DNA of 64,000 bases from Eledone cirrhosa (Eukaryota). This document shows, piece by piece, positions 29,802 to 43,528 of the stretch. The notes under the pieces are model-generated. The model did not search any database, was not told the DNA's origin, and was given only the letters and a program-made list of their open reading frames with translations. The DNA lies in contig OZ024741.1 in NCBI GenBank assembly GCA_964016885.1, forward strand, positions 18,414,001 through 18,478,000. The letters run 5' to 3'. Position 1 is the stretch's first letter, and every line of letters begins with the position of its first letter. A program made the position numbers and the translations under genes.

Positions 29802-30304
29802 TACCTCATTTTACTAGTCTCAAGAACGCGTCTACACGACGTGAGAAAGAATCCCAAAAGGCGGAGGGGGAGATAGTCACGCGATATAACGGTCGAGAAA
29901 CAGAGCTAAGCCTCTTATAACCCCGAAGAAAATACCACAGAGGCGGAGGGGGTATTCATATCGAAGCCGTAGAAGAGGTGGTGAAGCAGGAGAGAAGTAT
30001 GAGTAATGGCAGCTTTCCAGCAGTCACCACACTTCAAAGATTACTCAACCAGAGGGAGTTATTAACAATATATTTAGAAACACACAGATAGATGCGGACA
30101 CACACATATACATGAATGCATCCACACCCAACCGTGAGTTAAGGGTGCCAACCTCACCGATGTTGCTCAATGAATGACTGGGACAGACCAATCCGGTTGA
30201 ACCAGACTGAACCAGTATCAGAGTTAAAATTACATTATGAAGAGAGAAGAAACATTTAGATATATTTAGTAATAAAATTTATCATACCTAAACTGCTCCT
30301 AGAT

Positions 30305-30394
30305 TCCTCGACTACGTAGTTTCGTGGCATAAACAAAAACAATACATCATAAAGATATAGAGTCCCTGCGAGGTCTGCCGACTTATCAAGAGGA
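30305..30394 (-). ncRNA. Type I hammerhead ribozyme, U3-A8 core variant (copy 2)
   Basis: Same motif, 593 bp from copy 1. Confidence 0.7.
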
Positions 30395-30607
30395 TACCTC
30401 ATTTTACTAGTCTCAAGAACGCGTCTACACGACGTGAGAAAGAATCCCAAAAGGCGGAGGGGGAGATAGTCACGCGATATAACGGTCGAGAAACAGAGCT
30501 AAGCCTCTTATAACCCCGAAGAAAATACCACATATATATATATTTAATTAGAAAATACCACATATATATATATTTAATTAGAAAGTAAACAACACAAAAT
30601 ATAACTA

Positions 30608-30677
30608 CTCCATTACCAAAGGTTTCTGGATTACAGACGATAATAATATATACGTCTGGATTGGTCGTCAGATAGAG
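30608..30677 (-). ncRNA. Type I hammerhead ribozyme (same family as 34936)
   Basis: Minus strand: ctctat-CTGACGA-ccaatccagacg...cgtctgtaatcca-GAAA-cctttgg-TA-atggag. Confidence 0.7.
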
Positions 30678-31451
30678 ATGTTATATATATATATATATAC
30701 ATATAAATTTGAGTATATATAATTAGGAAAATTAACAGGGAATAAAACGAACGTAGGACTGGAGACAGAGTCACGTGGTTCCGGAGCAAACTCCTGAACC
30801 ACACAGCCCCGCCTACGCCTATATAGAGACATATATATATATATATACATAAATATATATATATGTATGTGTGTGTATGTGAGGGAGTGTGTCGATGTGT
30901 ATATGTGTAAGAGTGTGTAGGAATGAGTGTGTATGTATGTATATATGTGTGTGAGTATGTTTGTATGTGTATATGTATGTATGTGTGTATATGTGTATAT
31001 GAGTATGAGTGTGTATAAAATGAATGTGTATGTATGTATATATGTGTGTGAGTATGTTTGTATGTGTATATATGTGTGTGTATTTGTGTGAGTATGTGTA
31101 TGTGTGTGTGTGTGTGTATGAGTATGTGTATGAAATAGATGAAAGCCCACCTTATCGAGAGAGGGAGGTATTGTAGTATGAGGTCTACAAAGATTCCACC
31201 ATTAATTGCCAACAATCTATCACAGGATAACTTCACTACTTGCCAGAAAATGGAGAGATTTCAAGACAGACGTTGACATTTGCTATTTTGAGGGTCGCTT
31301 ATATCAACGTATTCCTTTCTTCCTTTCTTCCTCATTGCCTTTCTTCCTTTGTTTCTGTTTGTTTGTTTTTGTCTGTTCTTATCTTTCTCAAACAGCACCT
31401 GTTTCAAAGATATATTCCACTCACTCTCATACCCGCATATATATATATATG

Positions 31452-31580
<129 letters not shown>

Positions 31581-31690
31581 AGTATATCTAGTAACATATA
31601 TATACACACAGATGCATACTTATGCTAGCAAATATATAGGTTGTGTCTTAGTAACTTTGTGGTTCAATGCATGAGGTTGCAGAACAATAA

Positions 31691-32324
31691 TATGAGAGAC
31701 GTAAAATAAGAAAATTATAAAATTAACTTACTTACTAAAATTTCACTCCCAACTAATTAGTTTCTGAAAGGGAATAAACATGCTTTCCGAAGAAGTGTAC
31801 AGAGAAGCCTTTCGTCATCAGGGAAGTCTATTCTCAGCTAAGTTTCCAGGCAATACGTGGACACTGGGAACTTATACAAAAATAATTCAGTGGATGTTAC
31901 TAGATATACTAGATATACTAATTCTTTATAATTATCTCCAAATTATTTGTCGAGCAAAATTGGCCAAGACTGCTGCTATGGTAACAGTCAGGCTGCTGTC
32001 TTCTTAACAAACCACTTTCCACTGATTGACCTCGATGTCACGTGATTGATTCTTTTGAATTTGCCACCGACGCAGTAGGCAGTGATTTTCTCAATGGCTA
32101 GGAATTCAGTCCAGGCTTTGCTTTTTTCCATCCACTGAATTATTTTTCTATAAGTTCCCAGTGTCCACGTATTGCCTGGAAACTTAGCTGAGAATAGACT
32201 TCCCTGATGACAAAAAGCTTCTCTGTACACTTCTTCGGAAAGTATGTTTATTCCCTTTCAGAAACTAATTAGTTGGGAGTGAAATTTTAGTAAGTAAGTT
32301 AATTTTATAATTTTCTTATTTTCG

Positions 32325-32333
<9 letters not shown>
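31691..32333. mobile_element. Element with ~205-bp inverted arms, each arm carrying an HHR
   Basis: 31691-31896 is the reverse complement of 32129-32333 with few mismatches. HHR acttcc-CTGATGA-...-GAAA-ctaattag-TT-gggagt at 32198-32280 (+) and 31745-31827 (-). Confidence 0.8.
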
Positions 32334-32416
<83 letters not shown>

Positions 32417-32485
32417 ATATATATATAGAAACAAGATGAAATCGATAATGCACCTAGAGTCTTTTTAAGAATATTTATTTGGTTC

Positions 32486-32521
32486 CTTTACCGGTTTCGC
32501 AGTTCTTATGCTTTTCAAAAG
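32486..32521 (-). ncRNA. Minimal type I hammerhead-like motif, U3-A8 variant
   Basis: Minus strand: ctt-TTGAAAA-gca taagaac tgc-GAAA-ccgg-TA-aag, followed by AATAAA. Confidence 0.55.
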
Positions 32522-32605
32522 TAGAAACGGCATGAGCTCTATATATGTATATCACATGAGCTCTATATATGTATATCACATATATATTTCATATATATAT
32601 ATATC

Positions 32606-32694
<89 letters not shown>

Positions 32695-32697
32695 GAG

Positions 32698-32741
<44 letters not shown>

Positions 32742-32876
32742 GAGTAATATATATATATGTCATATAGTAATAATAATAAATTTGAAGACTAAAATCCAAA
32801 GAGGGCTCGATAAGGATAAATATATATTAAATATATAAGAACCGTAGAGCAAATATTTATTAAAATAACAGATTAA

Positions 32877-32927
32877 AGTTTAAGCAAAGAATCGCTGCTT
32901 TCACCCTTAACGAGATCTTCGGAAACT
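32877..32927 (-). ncRNA. Hammerhead-like motif with CCGAAGA core
   Basis: Minus strand: agttt-CCGAAGA-tctcgttaagggt-GAAA-gcagcgattctttgc-TT-aaact; stem II is weak. Confidence 0.5.
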
Positions 32928-33036
32928 AACAAAGTCAATCTGTGAACGCGGAAGTGAATATTTCATAAAACGTTGCAACCGGAGGAAGACAGGAAGACGA
33001 TACTTTGGTTCGTGGAAACGTTCCTGGCAAAGAACG

Positions 33037-33109
33037 GGGTCGATAAAATAAAGTACCAGTAATGCACTGGTTAATTGCTGGCCTTGTGCCAAAAGTAGAA
33101 ACAATTATT
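33037..33109 (+). mobile_element. 5'-truncated SINE (same family as 27981)
   Basis: ggggtcgataaaataaagtaccagtaatgcactgg...gtagaaacaattatt. Confidence 0.85.
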
Positions 33110-33279
33110 TGGAGCGATGAGAACAATTACGCGCAAAGACAGAACCACGTTTATGGTATAAAAGAAGTCGTAGACTAATGTTCTCTTAGGTGGTTCATGG
33201 AGACGTTCTCTGGCAATGAACGGAAAAAACGAAGATAATACGTCATATGTGGACCGTGGAGAACAATTGCACACAAGTA

Positions 33280-33320
<41 letters not shown>

Positions 33321-33663
33321 ATATATATATATACGAGTAATTCTGAAATAAAATCTTTTTGAATAGCTGTGATTATTCCTTTGTGTAACAAGTTATTTAA
33401 TAAAGTAAGTAAAAATATACAGAAACTGATTTGAAGTATTGATATCTATTTAATCTATCTCTCAATATAATTGAAAGAACTCTATATATCTATCTATCTC
33501 TCTTTCTCTCTCTATATATATATATGTACATATATATAAATGTATATACATACATACATGAATATATATACACATACACACACATATATATATATATACA
33601 AACACATATGTATATGTATATATGTGTGTGTGTACATACATATATGTACATATAAATATATAT

Positions 33664-33716
<53 letters not shown>

Positions 33717-34184
33717 CATAAATGTACATATAAATAAATATATACATGTATGTATGTATATGTATATGTACATACACATACATACATTATATATATGTAT
33801 ATATATATACATACATATATGTATATATATGTATGTATATATTTTTTTATATGTACATATATGTATGTATATATGCATATATGTACTTATAAATATAAAC
33901 ATAGGCATTCACATATGTATATATAGAGAGAGAGAATGAGAAAGAATTGCATGTCTACCCTGATAGAAACCTATAGAATATTCCCTATTGGGGTCATAAC
34001 AAACCCCTCCTCGGAGATACACTAGTCATATATCTAAGACTTAATCTTGAAACACAACACTTTCATTACAACAGAACTTAATTAAAACAACCTTCTCAAT
34101 ATAACTAATGCTACTTGACGTCACAATCACTAATGTTCCCATACCAGGACCACACATCTACATACTCACATGTATATACACACA

Positions 34185-34460
34185 TACATATTAACGCACA
34201 CGTACATTCGCACATACAAACACACATGTACATACACACATGTATATACACACATGTACAGACACACATACATACATACATACACATACGTACATACGCA
34301 CATACAAACACACATGTACATACACACATGTATATACACACATGTACAGACACACATACATACATACATACACATACGTACATACGCACATACAAACACA
34401 CACGTACATACGCACATACATATATATACGCACACGTACATACGCACATACAAACACTTG
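34185..34460. repeat. CA/TA-rich minisatellite (~88-bp period, ~3 copies)
   Basis: Recurrent cgcacatacaaacacacatgtacatacacacatg block. Confidence 0.7.
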
Positions 34461-34481
34461 CATAAACATATATATATATAT

Positions 34482-34669
34482 AACAAAGGAATTGTGGTAA
34501 GGAACCAAATGGACCATAACGCACCAGAGTACTCAATACTTAGGGTAGTAGAGTGGGAAATAGGAAAAAGTATGACCCCGACGGCAGAGCTCAAGCCGTT
34601 TCGACGGCTATTTCTGAGTCCAGAAATAGCCGTCGAAACGACTTGAGCTCTGCCGTCGGAGTCATACTT

Positions 34670-34673
<4 letters not shown>
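34482..34673. mobile_element. ~190-bp fold-back element (HHR 3' half duplicated in inversion); copies at 39030 and 63482
   Basis: Shared leader ...gagtactcaatacttagggtagtagagtggg followed by a ~50-bp-arm hairpin (34564-34673); lies in (TA)n. Confidence 0.8.
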
Positions 34674-34706
<33 letters not shown>

Positions 34707-34744
34707 CAAACACATATGCTTATGGATGTGTATATATATATATT

Positions 34745-34781
<37 letters not shown>

Positions 34782-34847
34782 ATGTTAGGTAATTCCGAAG
34801 AAAATGCAAAGTAAAAAAGAGTGCTCTATGTATAGAACAGAGCTATT

Positions 34848-35022
34848 TAATTAGAGAGTGAACAACACAAAATATAACTACTCCATTACCAAAGGTTTCT
34901 AGATCGGTCGTCAGACAGATGTGTTATGATAACATCTCTGTCTGACGACCGATCCAGACGAATATTATTATTGTCTGGGAACCAGAAACCTTTGGTAATG
35001 GAGTAGTTTTTGTGTTGTTCAC

Positions 35023-35030
<8 letters not shown>
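34848..35030. mobile_element. Fold-back HHR element
   Basis: HHR ctctgt-CTGACGA-...ccagac..gtctgg..-GAAA-cctttgg-TA-atggag at 34936-35003 (+). The inverted left arm lacks most of stem II. Confidence 0.75.
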
Positions 35031-35076
<46 letters not shown>

Positions 35077-35099
35077 GTATGTGGATGACGGCTGAAAGA

Positions 35100-35238
35100 A
35101 AAGAGTACTCAATACCGAAGTAGAGTTTTAATATTCAGGTTAAATAGTGAGTTTTATAGTTATGTTACTCTGGAGTTTCATCTGATGACTGTGATAAACA
35201 GCCGAAATTCCAGAGTAACACGACTCACTATTTAACCA
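35100..35238. mobile_element. Fold-back HHR element (family shared with 51138-51186)
   Basis: ggttaaatagtgag..gttactctggagtttc / gaaattccagagtaac..ctcactatttaacc arms around CTGATGA-ctgt..acagcc-GAAA. Confidence 0.6.
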
Positions 35239-35258
35239 TAATATGTATGTGTGTGTGC

Positions 35259-35296
<38 letters not shown>

Positions 35297-36255
35297 ATAT
35301 ATATGTGTGTGTGCGTGAGAGATGCAGAGAGAGAGAGTGAGAAAGATACAGGTAATTTTTTTTTAAAAGCCCCTGTAGCTAAGAATATTGAGTGTGAATG
35401 AAAAGAAAGAATGAGGCACTAGACAAAGGCACGGAAAAACAAACAGTCCTTTCTCTTCAGTGATCCTCTGGAAATCACCGTAGTTTCGGTTATTAGTGTT
35501 CATAATATACATTCCTGTGCATATTGAGACACAACAAAATGTATTGAAACTGTAGTGATTTCCAGAGGTTGACTGAACAGAAGGGACTGTTCTCATTTTC
35601 TGTTGTTTTTTCCGTAGTCTTTGTCTTGTGTTCCCACCCACTATTGATTCATATTCGATATTCATAGCCACGCGTGCCTTTTTTTACTATCAAAATATAG
35701 ATTTTACACCTCATATCAATCTTCCTCTCATCCTTCTTTTTCTCTCCCTTCCTATCCTCTGCCTTCCTCGCATTCCTCTTTATATTTGTACATATGGAAG
35801 TAGTCCAAATATATGTTTTTCTATTTTCTTCTTTCTACTTTTTCTTAAGTTACATTACACTGCGTTCCTATCTCTTCCCTTTCAAGTGAAGTGCATTGGT
35901 TTCTTTATATGTGTAATTCGCTAAAAGACACTTGTCATGTGTCTCCCTCTTTTTCTCTTTTGTTTTTGTTTTGTTTTCTTTTTGCGCCCAACGTACACTG
36001 GAATGAACAGTGTCAACCTTAAAAACCGAAACTATAGTAATTTTCAGAGATTGAATGAAGAGAAGGAACTGTTCGTCTTTCCGTTCCATTTTCCGCTGAC
36101 TTTGGCTTGTGCTCTACATTTTATAATCCACGCATACAAGAGCGGGAACCCGAACCACTCACCTGCGCAGCGACCCGTACCTGGACAAAACCCCACCCTA
36201 CCCCTGCCCAAACACCTGCACTTACCCCGGGAACCTACTTGCAGAGAACCCTTCG

Positions 36256-36331
<76 letters not shown>

Positions 36332-36332
36332 T

Positions 36333-36530
36333 GTTTAATATAGAAATGGCTTCTACAGGACTAGAAATGTTTCTTTCAAAAGATATCATCAGCAAAGCTT
36401 TCCTCGTGATTTTTTTTAATGAAACATTTCTAGTCCTGCAGAAGCCATTTCTATATTAAACTTGATGTTTACACTCTACTAATGTATTGAGTACCTTACT
36501 AACTGTGGTTAACCCGATTGAATCCGGGAC
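36333..36530. mobile_element. Fold-back degenerate HHR element (family shared with 43731-43836)
   Basis: 41-bp inverted arms at 36333-36373 and 36421-36461; tcatcag core on the minus strand. The tail gtattgagtaccttactaactgtgg matches the reverse complement of ~43750. Confidence 0.6.
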
Positions 36531-36562
36531 TCTCTCTCTCACACACTTGCACACACACACTT

Positions 36563-36697
<135 letters not shown>

Positions 36698-36864
36698 TCG
36701 ACATGAAAGATTGGTGACAATCCCTTGTCTTGTCAGACATGCACTGAAGCAGTGATAACACTTGTAACCCACGACGCTAGTGTTCTTGTTATGTATGTAT
36801 CTGTGAGTGTATGTAGGTATATATGTGTGGGTATGCATGTATGTTTATAAGCGTGTATGTATAG

Positions 36865-36928
<64 letters not shown>

Positions 36929-38334
36929 GTGTTGTGTGTGTGTGTGTGTGGATGTGTAAGTGGCTCTACCTATATATATATATGTGTGTGTGTGTGTGTA
37001 AGAATGAGTATACGTGTGTATGTGGCTGCAAGTGGGTGTCTAATAAATGAGAAAAAACCTTCACCAAATATCCGTGAACACTCCCCGCCAGGAGGCGTTA
37101 CGGTCTGTACCTATCGCCATATTTGATGATGCTCCAATAACCAGCTTTATCAGACAGTCATATATCTCTCCCCATATTTCAAAATTAATGTTTTCTACTG
37201 ATTCTCACTCCTGCTCACATATTTTCTATACTACACCCACCTTTATTCTACTTCCCATTGTCTTCTGTCTCCTTCCATCTATCTCCTGTCTTTTGTCTTC
37301 TAACTTATCTTCATTTTACTATCTTCTGTCTTCTGTTGTCTGTTATCTGTTGTCTGTCTTCTATCTAACATCTTTCTTCTCCTATCATCTCACGTCACAG
37401 AATATTTCAAGATCAAGTCCACGATTTCTTTGAACCTAAAGATAATTTCAAAACCACTTCCTAACTTTTTACCGATTATTTTCACCCTCATTAAACTTTG
37501 TAAATAAAAAATAAAAAACTACTCACCTCAGCCAAAACATGTTAATATATTTCCGCCCCTTATAAAATCTCTGAGTCACGGCGCAAGACAAGAAACCATT
37601 CGTATTTCCAGCAAATCCGTATAAGTTGAATGTTCACTTGGTAAGTGACTGCAATTATATCGTCCGATTGCAATTTTTATTGTCATGAAACTATTAGTAA
37701 CAATGTATTACATCATATATTAAATAAACCAAATTAATTTAGATACACTTAGAAATGTTTCGCTTTTAACTCTATGAGGAAACAATTAATAGTAATAAAA
37801 AAAAACTGATCACATTCAACATTGAATCATTCGAAGGAAATCATTTATGAAAGCCGACAGTCAATGTGTAATAAATCTACTACTGTGTTCTACATAAACC
37901 ATCATTAGAACATCTGACTGATAAAAAGACAAGTCAGTCAATCATATTGGTGGCCTCCCCACAATGTGTTACTTCTTACTTTGAGATATTCACTAAACTT
38001 ACATAGCATACGGTGAGGTTTAGCCCAGGCCATCTCTAATATATATGTTTACTCTACAGTTGCAATCATTTTGTTCATGTAATTTTACAGTATATATATA
38101 CGAGAGTAAGTAAAAAGTTACCCGCATTTTCACCATAACATATTTAGGTTTGTCACACTGCCGTCTACTCACGCAGAAAACACCTGACAAATCCCTTTAA
38201 TTAGTCATAATATGGTGGGAATGAACTTACCAAAGTTTGACATTCTACGAATGCCCAGATTTATTTACAGAACAACAAAGAATAAAGTAAAAGAATTCAA
38301 TATAAGCCATATAACTTATAATCGTTACTAGATT

Positions 38335-38657
38335 CCTCTTCTCCTCCTTCTTCTTCATCTTTATCGTCTTCTTCGTCATCTTCTTCTTCTTCTTCTTCTT
38401 CTTCTTCTTCTTCTTCTTCTTCTTCTTCTTCTTCTTCTTCTTCTTCTTCTTCTTCTTCTTCACCCACTTATTCCTGAGAGGGTCGTGGAGGCAGAGTCCT
38501 CAAACTACTTCCAGTGGGTCCTGTCACAAGCAACCGTCTCCAACTGGTCCGTCTAGATCCCCCAACAAGACCAACCAATCTCATGGATGTTACCCAACCA
38601 TCTTACTCGGGGTCTACCCCAGGGTCTCCTGCCGGTTGCTTTTGCCCCTAAAATTTG
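38335..38657 (-). mobile_element. 3' fragment of RTE-clade (Rex3/Expander-like) LINE with (GAA)n tail
   Basis: Minus strand translates QILGAKATGRRPWGRPRVRWLGNI (RPxGRPxxRW C-terminal RTE motif), then ...ggaataagtgggtg(aag)n. Confidence 0.7.
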
Positions 38658-38868
38658 TCCTTTTTTTGTATTTATTTAATACTTTTAAAAATAATGATTT
38701 TCAAATTAAAAAGATAAGGAAAACAGAATGACCCACCCACACCTGTAAGGGAACCTATTTATATACAACCACACACATATATACACACATGCACACACGT
38801 ACATACACACACACACACATAGAGTACACAACACAATCGCACGCGCGCGCGCACACACACACACACCC

Positions 38869-38910
<42 letters not shown>

Positions 38911-39029
38911 GCACACACACAGATATATTTGTATATATATATATACAGATATATATATATATATACATACACATGCGCAAACGCACAAATATACGCACAA
39001 GCACACACACACACATATATATATATATA

Positions 39030-39212
39030 AAACAAAGGAGTTGTGGTAAGGGTCCAGATGGACCATAACGCACCAGAGTACTCAATACTTAGGGTAGTAG
39101 AGTGGGTAATAGAAAAATATATGACCCCGACGGCAGAGCTCAAGCCGTTTCGACGGCTATTTCTGGACGTTGAAACGGCTTGAGCTCTGCCGTCGGGGTC
39201 ATACATGTTCCT
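39030..39212. mobile_element. Fold-back element, second copy of the 34482 family
   Basis: Same leader and hairpin (39120-39203). Confidence 0.8.
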
Positions 39213-39230
39213 ATATATATGTATATATAT

Positions 39231-40110
39231 ATAAATAAATTAGACATTTATCAAAGTTGTGTTCAAATCATTTAATAGCTGTCAATCGTTTCTTCCAAAC
39301 TCTCGTTTGGGATCATCGGACCATTATCAATGTTTGTACATGTAATTAACCTCCTATTCAACTGAACAATAATATAGATACATATATATTGATGTTGTGA
39401 GCAATAGTTTCGTATTTTCAGGGTGGAATGGATGTGACATATATTTTACGAGAATTGTACAAAAATTCAAATTCAAATTAAAAGCACAGAGTGCATGCAA
39501 CAGATACAAGAGAATAGTCTAATAATTAAAGAGGCATTGTGAAAGGAGCTTTGAGAAAGAAAGAGTTCATTAGCAATACATATGCAGGTGTGTAGAAAGT
39601 GCACATGCGTTAGACATATATATGAGAAGGAAATAAGCAAAGTTATTATTCATATTTAGATAAATAAATGCTGTATTTTAAGCAAAAGTGTAATGTATTA
39701 AAATCGAAGGTGGACGTAGTATGTTGATAGTGTTTGAATTTGTGTGTTGAGGAGAATAAAGTTATTGTAGTCTCTTCCATTAGATATGTTGAATTATATT
39801 TTAGTTAATCTTAATACGAAACTGTTGCTCACAACATCAATATATCTATATATATCTATATTATAGTTCAGTTGAATAGGAGGTTAATTACATGTACAAA
39901 CATTGATAATGCTCCGATGATACCAAATGAGAATTTGGAAGAAACGATTGTCAGTTATTAAATGATTTGAACACGACTTTGATAATTGTCTAATTTATTT
40001 ATTTTTCCTGCTCTGTAAAACAACTGATGTTCTTACATTTAGCTATTTCTCTTACTGGTAATAAGGTAGTAGGAAATTACTGACCTTCCTGTTTATAGTT
40101 GTTTATACTA
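39231..40110. mobile_element. Penelope-like remnant with ~185-bp inverted arms and CCGATGA-core HHR
   Basis: 39231-39416 is inverted relative to 39813-40002. HHR gct-CCGATGA-taccaaa..tttggaa-GAAA-cgattg-TC-agt at ~39911-39955. The downstream tail resembles 44385-44480. Confidence 0.7.
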
Positions 40111-40130
40111 TATACATAACTATAAATAGT

Positions 40131-40231
<101 letters not shown>

Positions 40232-40754
40232 GCACAAGCAGACACACGAATCTCATTAAAAAATGTGTCCTTTAATAGTAGTAGAGTTCTTTTTTGACAA
40301 ATGTAATCCTTTCGTCGGACCCCTTTCAATCATCTTTATATCTGGAGTTTTATTTCTATATTATTTTAGTTTTCACATATCATATATTGTTACATTTATC
40401 GTTACAGCACCACCTTTCCAAAACAACCCCTAAAATAATCTTGAACTTTTGACCCAATTGAAACCCCGCGCTCTACACAACAACACCCCTACCCAATAAC
40501 CCCCCTCCCCCCACTCCCACCCCATACAGCCCCTCACACACACCCTACACACACCCTCACCCCTCTACACACTCCCTCTCACACACACACGAAAGAACGC
40601 AATGCTGCTACTTGGATTTTTATTCAAATAGAAAACAAACATTTCTATTTGAATCAATTAATGTTTCTATTAAATCAAATGAACCCCACCACCACCACCA
40701 TCACCACCACCATCACCACCACCACCACCACCACCATCACCCACCACCACCACG

Positions 40755-41130
40755 GGTATATGTTAGTGACTGCCACCTTAATAAAATCTTGAGAAGCTGG
40801 GCTTCACAGGAACAGAAAGAACACAACTAGTTAGGAAATTACAAGTACAGTCCATTAATGGAACATTAAAAATATGTAAAACATTCCAAAAATTTTGCAT
40901 CTAGTAACTGCATATACACATGTACAGATACAAAGCATATACACATGCTCAAAACATCCACATCCACACGTACAATAACATCCATACCTGCACACACATG
41001 CAGACATGCATATATATCTACCTAGTTGATGTGTAAATTCCAATGAGAGTCTTGGTGTCTATGTTAGAAACCGACTCTCTCTCTATTGGTAAAACTTTGT
41101 GAAATTATAAAACCAGAAGAGCATACATAC
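40755..41130 (+). mobile_element. 3' fragment of R4/Dong-like LINE with (CATA)n tail
   Basis: Encodes ...EKLGFTGTERTQLVRKLQVQSINGTLKICKTFQKF; similar to 59900-60345 (-) and to the endonuclease C-terminus at ~57.3 kb. Confidence 0.7.
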
Positions 41131-41153
41131 ATAGATACATACGTACATACATA

Positions 41154-41764
41154 CATGGTGGCTGCCAACACGTTTTCGAGTACGGCCACTACTTTATATC
41201 CATGTAGGAGAACCCCTACCGGTGCGCTGAACAAGTGTGACTTTTTAGTCCAGCCAGCGACTTGAAAACTCTGGTACAAACACTACACTTGTGACAATTA
41301 TTGACACATAGTGCTGGGCCCATGGTACCATGTGACGACAAGTGCAGAGAGATCTCCAGATATAAAGCAATGCCAGTGCCGTGAAGCTTTTATAGGGAGC
41401 AAAGGCACTGCACAAAGCCAGTCCCACTCTCTTAACCAAGATGATATTTACCAAAAAGAAGAACAAGTCAACATCATTGGATACCATCAGGGTTGCAGGT
41501 GTTATATCAGAGTTTTCCTTCTCCTAGAATTCTGCCTTGACAAAGGCTAAGGGGTCATCTCTCGCGGTGATTTTAGATGGCCATTGACTCTTAAGAGCTG
41601 ATTTGCCCTTTGAGTGGTTTTGTTTTTAGTCCTGCAGGATGTCCAAAGTCACCCTCCTCCCCAAGAAACCTTGGTGGGGTTGCCAGTTTAGTCGCCAACG
41701 ACCCGATCATGAGACAGGTTGTACTGGGATACATGTTACCAGTAGCACCAACTGGTGACCTGAC
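41154..41764 (-). mobile_element. ~610-bp non-autonomous RTE derivative (5' UTR + C-terminal C2H2 finger + 3' end)
   Basis: Near-identical to 58668-59273. Contains the RTE-like ctaggagaaggaaaactctga motif and a C2H2-finger-coding segment. Confidence 0.75.
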
Positions 41765-41775
41765 ATATATACATA

Positions 41776-42230
41776 CATGGTGGCTGCCAACTCGTTTTCG
41801 AGTACGGCCACTACTTTATATCCATGTAGGAGAACCCCTACCGATGCGCTGAACGAGTGTGACTTTTTAGTCCAGCCAGCGACTTGAAAATTCTGGTACA
41901 AACACTACACTTGTGACAATTATTGACACATAGTGCTGGGCCCATGGTACCATGTGACGACAAGTGCAGAGAGATCTCCAGATATAAAGCAATGCCTGTG
42001 CCGTGAAGCTTTTATAGTGAGCAAAGGCACTGCACAAAGCCAGTCCCACTCTCTTAACCAAGATGATATTTACCAAAAAGAAGAACAAGTCAACATCATT
42101 GGATACCATCAGGGTTGCAGGTGTTATATCAGAGTTTTCCTTCTCCTAGAATTCTGCCTTGACAAAGCCTAAGGGGTCATCTCTCCCGGTGATTTTGGAT
42201 GGCCATTGACTCTTAAGAACTCCTTTGCCC
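41776..42230 (-). mobile_element. 5'-truncated copy of the RTE derivative
   Basis: Tandem with the previous copy; truncated at ...cctttgccc. Confidence 0.75.
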
Positions 42231-42781
42231 ATACATATATACATATAAACATACATACATACATACATACATACACACACATACATATATACATGCATAT
42301 ATAATATATACGCACATATATGTATGTATATATGTTTATATCTATATATGTAAGTGTGCGTATATACATACATGCATACATACATACATATAAACATGCA
42401 TATATAATATATACAAACATATATGTATGTATGTATTTATGTATGATCATATGTATGTATATACGCACACATACATATATACATATAAACATATATACAC
42501 TGGCGTGCATGTGTGTGTGTAATGAAGTATGCGTCTAAGGTCAGAGAGAGCGAATGCAAGTGATGGACGCCATGAGAGTTAATAACATTTCAACCGACCA
42601 TGACAGGCAGCCATGATGGCGGCCATCTTAACTGACGGCTACACCACTAAGTGATTCAGAGAGTCACATTCCTTGATGTATTTAGGGAGCTGGCTTGTGG
42701 GTTGGGAAAGGGTTCTACTTTGACGTTGGCGGGGATGGCAATTTAGGGAATACTCACTTCCTCCACTGTCTTTATCTGGAT

Positions 42782-42842
42782 CTACCACTACCACTACTAC
42801 TACTACTAATAATAATACTACTACTAATACTACTACTACTAT

Positions 42843-42887
<45 letters not shown>

Positions 42888-42894
42888 CACTACA

Positions 42895-42941
<47 letters not shown>

Positions 42942-42953
42942 CACTACCACTAT

Positions 42954-42995
<42 letters not shown>

Positions 42996-43007
42996 CACTA
43001 CCACTAT

Positions 43008-43062
<55 letters not shown>

Positions 43063-43111
43063 GCTACTACTACTACTACTACTACCACTACCACTCCTAC
43101 TACTACTACCA

Positions 43112-43142
<31 letters not shown>

Positions 43143-43186
43143 CACTACTACTACTACCACTACCACTACCACTACCACCACTACCA

Positions 43187-43217
<31 letters not shown>

Positions 43218-43219
43218 CA

Positions 43220-43256
<37 letters not shown>

Positions 43257-43329
43257 CACTACCACTACCACTACTACTACCACTACCACTACTACTACTA
43301 CTACTACTACCTCTACCACTACTACAACA

Positions 43330-43379
<50 letters not shown>

Positions 43380-43428
43380 CACTACTATCACTACCACTAC
43401 TACTACAACTACTACCACTACCACTACT

Positions 43429-43523
<95 letters not shown>

Positions 43524-43528
43524 CACTA
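42782..43528. repeat. (CTA/CCA)n trinucleotide array
   Basis: Direct observation. Confidence 0.95.

Larger units (their letters stand above)
29478..30531 (-). mobile_element. 593-bp tandem repeat (~1.8 copies), each copy carrying an HHR; retrozyme/Penelope pLTR-like
   Basis: The sequence at 29478 repeats at 30071 (ORF track duplicates at 29663/30256, offset 593). Preceded by a (TA)n tract. Confidence 0.75.

Noticed and set aside
35410-36090. Three degenerate related segments with GAAA-ctRYRg motifs, one inverted
   Set aside because: Probably a decayed HHR family, but no intact core plus stems could be assembled.
38099-38255. Mariner-like TIR start (tacgagagtaagtaaaaagttacccgca)
   Set aside because: No partner TIR or transposase is visible.
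42752-42785. 24-nt minus-strand microexon (tag|ATCCAG...GGAA|gtgagt)
   Set aside because: The acceptor lies within the (TAG)n repeat with no polypyrimidine tract.
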